Origin: Trichomonas gallinae
Taxonomy: Eukaryota
Assembly (NCBI GenBank): GCA_008369845.1
Contig: MRSU01005785.1
Coordinates: 1-49,840 of the forward strand
Length of the DNA stretch: 49,840 nucleotides
Reading direction: 5' to 3'
Shown here: positions 42,889 through 49,840 of the stretch, one piece after another
Layout of the letters: each line of letters begins with the position of its first letter
Numbering within the stretch: position 1 is the stretch's first letter
Notes under the pieces: model-generated
The model's input: only the letters and a program-made list of their open reading frames with translations
The model's database searches: none
What the model was told of the DNA's origin: nothing
Program-made: the position numbers and the translations under genes

Positions 42889-43944
42889 ATGAAGTCATTT
42901 GGAAAAGCCATTTTTGATGATAACTCGTTTCCAGGAATGCAATGGAATGTGCTTCCAGAGGAAGACAGAGATGAGTTTTTGAGTCTCAGAGATAAGTTTT
43001 ACGATGGATATTTAAAAGATAATTATCAAGACATTTTAACAGAGCTTTACAAGTTTAATTTCCGAAATCCTGAATTTGTAGAGGAACGATCTGTTATATC
43101 AGGCATATCATTTTGCGGCCCATATATTCTAATTAATTTTAGACAACTGAAAAATGTTATTTGTAGATATAAATGCTCAATACAAATCGGTTTAAATGCT
43201 CTTGGATATGTTGTTGAGCCAAATTTAGCAACAAAATACTTTGCTATAAAAACATCGATGCCAACCGTTACAAATGATCCGATTTTAGCAGAGAAATGGG
43301 ATATTTATGTATGCGACAGCGACACAGGATTTTGTTTTTTAACTAGATTTGAAGGAATTAAATTTCCAACAGAAAATGAAGAATCAAAACCAGCAACAAC
43401 TACTAATCCAAGTGTGCAATACTCAAAGGATCTCCTCAACAAACCACAATTCATCAATGAAACAAGATTCAAAAAGTTAGCCCCGCCTCCTAAATCACCA
43501 CTTCCTCCTAACGTATTTAATCTTATTCCTGATACACTACCACATGAAAGAGTTAACGAACAAGAAATTGAGGAAGAAGATACAAATGATGTGTTTGGAA
43601 GCAATTCTGACTCAGATGTACTTTCTCTTGAAGAAAGACTGGATAGTTTGAACTTTGACATCGATAGAGAATCAAAACAATATGATTTATTAACTGATCT
43701 CAAATTATCAAAAAGATTCCATGTTATGACACCATTTGATGATCCAAGCCTATCACAACCATATATGGATATGGTTAAAGCATCTATTCCGCCTCAATCA
43801 GAACAAACTCTCATTTTCAATGATATCGACGAGAAAAGATATGATCATGATGATTTTGCTGAACAAATTGGAAATAGTGGAGATAATGAAGTACGTGATG
43901 TGTTCAATCTTGATGATTTTTTAGAAGATCCTGATGAAATATAG
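42889..43944 (+). CDS. Divergent initiator-binding-domain (IBD, IBP39-like) protein with acidic C-terminus (start ATG 42889)
   Basis: LPEEDRDEFLSLR...RSVISGISF...INFRQLKNVICRYKCSIQIGLNALGY...EKWDI matches the IBD layout. Confidence 0.75.
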   Translation: MKSFGKAIFDDNSFPGMQWNVLPEEDRDEFLSLRDKFYDGYLKDNYQDILTELYKFNFRNPEFVEERSVISGISFCGPYILINFRQLKNVICRYKCSIQIGLNALGYVVEPNLATKYFAIKTSMPTVTNDPILAEKWDIYVCDSDTGFCFLTRFEGIKFPTENEESKPATTTNPSVQYSKDLLNKPQFINETRFKKLAPPPKSPLPPNVFNLIPDTLPHERVNEQEIEEEDTNDVFGSNSDSDVLSLEERLDSLNFDIDRESKQYDLLTDLKLSKRFHVMTPFDDPSLSQPYMDMVKASIPPQSEQTLIFNDIDEKRYDHDDFAEQIGNSGDNEVRDVFNLDDFLEDPDEI

Positions 43945-44684
43945 AGATATTTAATTATTTTATATATATAGCTTTTAATTCAATATGTGTGCCATATTGT
44001 GCTATGTTATACTATTTGTTTATTAATAAATGATGATTTAACTAATAATATCATACTTTCAAAAATTATTATATATCAGCCTATATAAACGTATAGATCT
44101 TATATATAGCAACTATTATATATTGTATATTAGTCACTATAAGAATACTGTTTAAATAATTTTTTCCAATCAAAATAATCATTTTATATGATGTTTTTTC
44201 CTATCTTATCTATCTTTATTTAGAAATGATATAGCTGTAATAAGTATTGCAAAAGCTTTAATGGTAATTTCAAAATATTGATAAAAGATTATCAGCAGGA
44301 AACTAGACATTGAAAGGACCATGAATGGATTTATGCTTCAATCAAACAAAGTAATGATTCGTAAGCGAATTAGACAATTAAAATTCGATATGATATCAGA
44401 TTTAACTACAAAAATCAGCAAAATTGCTTTTTATGTCTAGAATTTCAGATATACTCAGGAAATAGATGATACTCCCAAATACGACAAAGTTATTAACCAA
44501 GGAAATAAAATTCTATAAAAATGGAAAAAGCTGCAATTCACGCCACAAGTAGCCATAGGTGTCCTAAAGCCAAATATTAGCTTTCGATGCCAAGTTCTGG
44601 CCTGTTTACCTAAAAAATCATGGAAAATCTAGTTTTCACAAATAAAAAAATTTTTAGTCTCAAAAAAAAATCATTTTTTTAAAA

Positions 44685-45245
44685 ATGACTGAGGTTGACC
44701 AAATCTCGCATCCTGATGTCTGGATGGAGAGAAGGATGGCCCTGGAGGAGAGGGCGATCAGTCATGAGAGGAGCCGTGTGTCGAACGCAATGAGCTCAGA
44801 ATTAATATCAGCGAAACAAAGATTACTATCAGAAGCGTGGGCAAAGATGCAGGAATTGGTAGCGAATGATAAGGCCAACGAGAATACATACAAGCAGCTC
44901 TGCCCACAGATATTCGGCGCTTTGTCACAAAAATTTCCGAAAAAACGTTCATCAAGAAAGCCTACGATACCGAAAATTGGCGCAAACGCCACTAAACTAC
45001 TACTATGTGAGGCTTCCATCATCAATGACATGTGTGGAATCCCCCAACCGCAACAAGACATTTATCAACTTCAGGAAGGAACGAAACTAATGATTACAGC
45101 GACCGGACAGAAGTGGGTCGTGAAAATACAGCACGTTCGCGATGAAATTTTCACGCTAACTTACTGCGATGGTTCTTCATCTCAACTTTTACAATCAGAT
45201 ATTGCGGCTCTTGGTCTTAAATTCACCGATATACCTACTTATTAG
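44685..45245 (+). CDS. Sds3/BRMS1-like Sin3-complex subunit, 186 aa
   Basis: Inr TCATTT at 44671; coiled coil, basic linker, LLLCEASIINDM (cf. Sds3 LLTDEQIMEDL), C-terminal Tudor-like beta domain. Confidence 0.55.
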   Translation: MTEVDQISHPDVWMERRMALEERAISHERSRVSNAMSSELISAKQRLLSEAWAKMQELVANDKANENTYKQLCPQIFGALSQKFPKKRSSRKPTIPKIGANATKLLLCEASIINDMCGIPQPQQDIYQLQEGTKLMITATGQKWVVKIQHVRDEIFTLTYCDGSSSQLLQSDIAALGLKFTDIPTY

Positions 45246-45802
45246 ATTCTTTTTGTATGATAAAATAAACTGTAATACTATTCTGCTTATCTTTTACCAA
45301 GTTTTTAAATATATTGTGTCGTTAATGGCGGCTTTAAGCTTTGGACCTGGAAAATCACTAATATTTGCCGAAATTGAGCGATCCACCACCTGATTTGCTT
45401 CGAAATGCTAAGATTTGGAAAAGTGGTCAATATATTTTCGCAAATATTAGGATTTATTCAAAAGCAATTATGGAAATAGCTTGAAAAATGTATAAAAAGA
45501 GTTCTATGGGTTCAATAGTCCAAAATGGATTCAATTTGGTTTCACAATCAAAATTTCATCAAATCTTATTTATATCGAAAATATAATCTTTTTTAGATCC
45601 ATATATTAATATTTTCTATAAGATGGCTCGATTAAATGAGATTTTTCATTCGATCAATATTAAATCAATAAAATACTCAATTATTGACCATAATTGTTAC
45701 GACAAAAATGCTATATTCGTAATAGTAATAACATACTTTTAATAATAAACAAAAAATATTATAATTATTCATAAAACTCAAAAATAGATATTAATAATGA
45801 CG

Positions 45803-47332
45803 TTAAAGAAGTTCTTGTGCTAAAAACTTCTTTCCCATCAGCTCAAGACACTCTATATACTTCTTTTGATGAAGATCTGAGGATATTGGAACTCTAAGGA
45901 CAGGATTTGCGAAATGTTCACATGTTGGATCTTTAAAGAACTTTTCTAATGCAGTTGAGTTGAAATTAGTGCTAATTTGCTTGAGTTCTTCGTTAATATT
46001 TTTAAGCATAGTAACAATCGACGAAAGTTCAGGTAAATCAGGATATAACTTCTGCATCTGAATGAATACGCGTGAATTCTTAAGCATAACAATGTTCAAT
46101 GATATATTATTTCTGATTCCATTATTAACAACATAATGTATTGTTTTTATTAAGTCTTGGGACTTAGAAATGGACAATAAATTGATTATTGATATTGATG
46201 ACGTGTAAGAAATGTTCCTAGCAATAAATAAAAGCTTGGATAAAGATTGAATTGCAAATTCCACGATTTCTGGGCTTTGCGTAGCAACTCTCGATAGAAC
46301 TTCCGTATAAACATCGAAATATGAGCCGCGATGAACTGGTTTCGATGAAGTAAAATTCTGGCAAGGTTCATTGATTTGATCTTTGAGTTCTTTCTCATCT
46401 ATAGATTGCAATATAACGTACATGACTAGTTTTGCTCTGTAGCTTCCGGAATTCTTGTCTAATAAATGGAATAAGTTTGATAAAATAAAAATTCCATCAT
46501 TTTTAATTTTGCTTCTAACAATAGGTGCAAAATGGAATGATAATGGAATAATGAAACTTGATAAGTCTTCATTTGCAGAATTTCTAAAATTAGGAATTAA
46601 AAATGGCTCAAATACTTGATTATGATCTATTTCTAAACTGGAAATATTGATATTAAGCAAAAGTAAAAGTGTTAATGATGCGTGAATCAGATTTCGCCTT
46701 AAGATAACGTTTTTCAAATTTTTCTTCGCGTCATAGCTGAGATAACACCTTAAGCAGTTTATAGCTGATATAACAAAGCTATTAAAATCTGCACTCGGGT
46801 GTGTATATCCTTTAAATAACAATAAAATGATTATTTCAATAATTATGCAACGATTTCTATCGAATTTGGAATCATCACGTGTTCCACTGGACCAATTTTT
46901 ATCTTTTGATCTTATCGCAACATGAGGAAGTGATATATATTGAACTAAAAGAAGATATAATTTTGTTCCTCGAGATTTTTCATCATCTTCTTTTTCAGAG
47001 AATGTTTTCGACGCTGTTTCTGATGATAGAAGTATTGGAACAGTATATTTAAGTAAAACAAGAACAGTTTCTGCTGGCTGTTTAATAGATTTGTCATTTG
47101 ATTGGTCTATGATAGTTTTTAATGCAGCAATGCATTTCTTTAGCAATAATATGAGATTTTGTGTCTTCTCTTTCATTGTTTCTTCTAAAATCGAGCGAAT
47201 TATTTTTTCATTATCGACGCTGATTTGAATTCCTTGTAAATTATTAAAGAACTCACTCTGCTCAGTCAGATTTTCATTCAGCAAAGGATCAAAAAAATCT
47301 CTTGAAATTGGCTGCGAATTCGTTATTCCCAT
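45803..47332 (-). CDS. HID1: HID1/dymeclin-family Golgi protein, 509 aa
   Basis: Myristoylation motif MGITNS; INEP...PVHRGSYFDV, ARNISYTSSISIINLL, NISLNIVML. Confidence 0.7.
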   Translation of the reverse strand: MGITNSQPISRDFFDPLLNENLTEQSEFFNNLQGIQISVDNEKIIRSILEETMKEKTQNLILLLKKCIAALKTIIDQSNDKSIKQPAETVLVLLKYTVPILLSSETASKTFSEKEDDEKSRGTKLYLLLVQYISLPHVAIRSKDKNWSSGTRDDSKFDRNRCIIIEIIILLLFKGYTHPSADFNSFVISAINCLRCYLSYDAKKNLKNVILRRNLIHASLTLLLLLNINISSLEIDHNQVFEPFLIPNFRNSANEDLSSFIIPLSFHFAPIVRSKIKNDGIFILSNLFHLLDKNSGSYRAKLVMYVILQSIDEKELKDQINEPCQNFTSSKPVHRGSYFDVYTEVLSRVATQSPEIVEFAIQSLSKLLFIARNISYTSSISIINLLSISKSQDLIKTIHYVVNNGIRNNISLNIVMLKNSRVFIQMQKLYPDLPELSSIVTMLKNINEELKQISTNFNSTALEKFFKDPTCEHFANPVLRVPISSDLHQKKYIECLELMGKKFLAQELL

Positions 47333-47740
47333 AAACAGATAAATGAATCAACAACACTTTACCAAACATAATTTCACCAGCATTTATACATAATTCATTA
47401 ATTAATTTGTCAATATAACGAGTTTTGATAATATCATAAAATATAAATCTTAGATTAAAGCTATTGTTATTTAGCAAAAAGTGAAACAATTCTAGAGTAT
47501 ATTATTTTTATACACATAATAGATATGATATCCTTAAATAGAAAAAAGATAAATTAGCACTCGCCCAATATATGTTTTACTAGTTTTTATACATAAATCA
47601 CTGGTTAATTTGTCAATATATAGAGTTTTGATATTTTTATAAAATCAAAATCTTAGATTGAAGCTATTGTTATTTAGCGAAAAGTGAAACTATTCTTTAA
47701 TATATTATTTTTATATACTAATAGATATGATTTCCATAAA
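47328..47740. repeat. Tandem duplication, ~203-bp unit x2, filling a divergent intergenic region
   Basis: TTAATTTGTCAATATA at 47402 and 47605; AAATCTTAGATTRAAGCTATTGTTATTTAGCRAAAAGTGAAAC in both copies. Confidence 0.9.
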
Positions 47741-47800
47741 TTTGACGTATAATAATTTTACATGTCAGAATTAATAAGGTTAATCGGATTTTCATATAAT

Positions 47801-49570
47801 ATGCATCGTTCCTCGTTATTTATTTCTCTGTTGGCAAAAAACATATATGTTAGCCAGGCAGCGAATGAAATCACAGGAATTGTGCAAAATTCTGTCACAA
47901 TTACTTTCGAAACGGATGAAATAAATGTTATCGAAGCTGAATTCATGGATATGCAATCGCAAAATACGAACGGTGGTGGAGCAATTGCTTTATTTAACGC
48001 TACAACATATATACTTAAAGTCGAAAAGTCGTATTTCTATCAATGTTTTTCATTTGGCTCAAATATGCCAGGAGGAGCCATTTTATCAGAAGATGTCAAA
48101 CAATTTACATGCATAGATTCATGCTATACACAATGTTTCGCTTCTAAAGGACATTTCAATTATATTAATGCTCAAGATGGAACTATTTCCATATCTCAAA
48201 CATCATGTGTCAATTGTTACGATAATGCACGAGTCGGACAGATGACAAATGTATTAATGTCTAACGGATTAACTACATATGATTGTAATTATTCATCAAA
48301 TATAATTGGAGGATATGGAGCAGGTATTGCTGTTATATCTTATTACAATGCAGTAGTTCAAAAATGCTCGTTTAATGGAAATTTAGGAAATTCGATTTTA
48401 TATCTCGAAGGTTCTACTTATAAGTCATTAATTGAGCATAATAATATCATTAATAATAGAGGTGACAGTATTATAAGTGTGAATGGAAATTATAAAATCG
48501 ATTATTCAAGTTTTTCAAATCCAGAAATTTCGACACCAGTTATAATAATCTCCGGAAATCTTGAGATTAATGACTGTATATTTGATCAGAACTACGAATT
48601 CCCTTCAGGAGTCGAAACTGATGATATTTCAGTTGGCGATCCGAAAATATACAAGAATTTAGCCACAGAGTTCAAAGAATGTCATTCTAGTGATGGCGGT
48701 GCTGATGCTAACCTTGTTACACCAGGTCCAACACCTTTAACAAATAATTGGATTTGGTCCTCACAAACAGTAGTCTTGATTTTGATAATCATTTTGGCTA
48801 TAATTGCATGTATGCTTGTCATATTATTTGTCATTATTACATGTTTCTGCAAAGTTCCAAGGGTTTATAAGACAATTAGAGATATCGAAAGCCACACGCA
48901 AGAAAGAGGCCTCCTTGAAGATCCACAAGAACCAATAACTGAGCCAGTAGCAAATAATGATGTGGAAAATGCTCAGCAACCGGAAAATCCAACAACAGAA
49001 AATGTTCCAACTCCAGAAAACAATGAGCCTCCGCCATCAATGAAATCTCCATCACGCGTGCAGATTATACTAGATTACAAGGATGAAAGCGAAACTTCTT
49101 CATCAAAATCGAAATCTAAAAAATCTGATGAACAAAAAACGCCAGAAAGAACTCCTATTATTAAATCACCTTCCGATGATGAGCCTTCTCAAGTTATTCA
49201 ACATATAGAACTCCCACACGATGAAGAAGAATCATCATCATCTACAATTACCGACCCACAGACACTCGTCAGGAGACCATCAGAAGCTGCGCCTGAAGAT
49301 GATCCTACTAAAGATAAAAAGAAGAAGAATGACGATGAATCCGAATCTTATTATTCGGATGTTCATCCCCAGGTTACTCCACTTCCCACACAGTTAGCTG
49401 TAAGTGACAATTCTAGTGACAATTCCGGTACAAGTAATGACGAGATACCTGAAGATGAAGATGAAAGGCCAAAGAATAAGAAGAAGGATAAATCATCAAG
49501 CGCGGATAATGAAAATGAGGAGAAACCAAAAAAGAAAAGGAGATATGATGTAAGTGAAGATGATTTTTAA
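47801..49570 (+). CDS. Type I membrane protein with Pmp-like/right-handed beta-helix ectodomain and long acidic cytosolic tail (likely start ATG 47801)
   Basis: GGGAIAL, PGGAIL, GAGI, FNGN motifs; TM VVLILIIILAIIACMLVILFVIITCFC; D/E/S/K-rich tail; ATG 47762 sits inside an upstream motif. Confidence 0.85.
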   Translation: MHRSSLFISLLAKNIYVSQAANEITGIVQNSVTITFETDEINVIEAEFMDMQSQNTNGGGAIALFNATTYILKVEKSYFYQCFSFGSNMPGGAILSEDVKQFTCIDSCYTQCFASKGHFNYINAQDGTISISQTSCVNCYDNARVGQMTNVLMSNGLTTYDCNYSSNIIGGYGAGIAVISYYNAVVQKCSFNGNLGNSILYLEGSTYKSLIEHNNIINNRGDSIISVNGNYKIDYSSFSNPEISTPVIIISGNLEINDCIFDQNYEFPSGVETDDISVGDPKIYKNLATEFKECHSSDGGADANLVTPGPTPLTNNWIWSSQTVVLILIIILAIIACMLVILFVIITCFCKVPRVYKTIRDIESHTQERGLLEDPQEPITEPVANNDVENAQQPENPTTENVPTPENNEPPPSMKSPSRVQIILDYKDESETSSSKSKSKKSDEQKTPERTPIIKSPSDDEPSQVIQHIELPHDEEESSSSTITDPQTLVRRPSEAAPEDDPTKDKKKKNDDESESYYSDVHPQVTPLPTQLAVSDNSSDNSGTSNDEIPEDEDERPKNKKKDKSSSADNENEEKPKKKRRYDVSEDDF

Positions 49571-49768
49571 ACCAGGAAATAATTTGATTATTTATAATGG
49601 AACTATTGGATATTCGTGTATTATACGTTTATGTTATTAGTAAAAATATTTATGTTTTGTACTTACTTACATTGTTTGCAATCAATTATATCAATAAAAT
49701 GAAGGTGAATATTAGTGGAAAACTAAATATGTAAGTTCTTAAAAGCAAAATAGAATTAATAAATGTAA

Positions 49769-49840
49769 CCGACCATAGCTCAGTTGGAAGAGCATGGGAC
49801 TGTAGAATTGTGGTAATCCCGGGGTCACTGGTTCGAATCC
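49769..49840 (+). tRNA. trnY: tRNA-Tyr(GTA) with 10-nt intron, truncated by the window end
   Basis: Acceptor 5' strand CCGACCA (C1), D arm GCTC/GAGC, anticodon stem TGGGA/TCCCG, anticodon GTA 49802-49804, intron 49806-49815, GGTTCGAATCC B box. Confidence 0.95.

Noticed and set aside
44250..44620. Slightly GC-raised spacer before the Sds3-like gene
   Set aside because: May be another gene remnant, but I could not reconstruct a coherent frame or structure.

Overview
Gene-dense, AT-rich eukaryotic DNA from a trichomonad (Parabasalia), with no spliceosomal introns seen. Evidence for the assignment: a hydrogenosomal succinyl-CoA synthetase beta with an MLS..AR/N presequence, Trichomonas-type ubiquitin, an initiator-binding-domain (IBD) protein, BspA-like and Pmp-like surface proteins, and Inr (TCAYT) and AAAGTGAC core-promoter motifs. 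About 24 intact protein genes are present, including a P4-ATPase, CSN6, STI1/HOP, ubiquitin, TRAPPC8, BUD31, nicotinamidase, thioredoxin, an inositol phosphate kinase, Sin3-like, Sds3-like, HID1-like and two glycosyltransferase-like genes. There are also several decayed pseudogenes, two tandem duplications of upstream regions (187 and 203 bp) and an intron-containing tRNA-Tyr cut by the right edge. No recognisable transposon or CRISPR. Best leads: (1) a 61-aa microprotein resembling the stand-alone INTS12 N-terminal microdomain; (2) a recurrent upstream 11-mer TTTACRTGWCA; (3) a hairpin-rich 148-nt element flanked by 10-bp direct repeats at the left edge; (4) a CaaX-tailed inositol kinase; (5) Sin3 and Sds3 candidates about 5 kb apart. 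All family calls rest on motif recognition from memory, not database searches.
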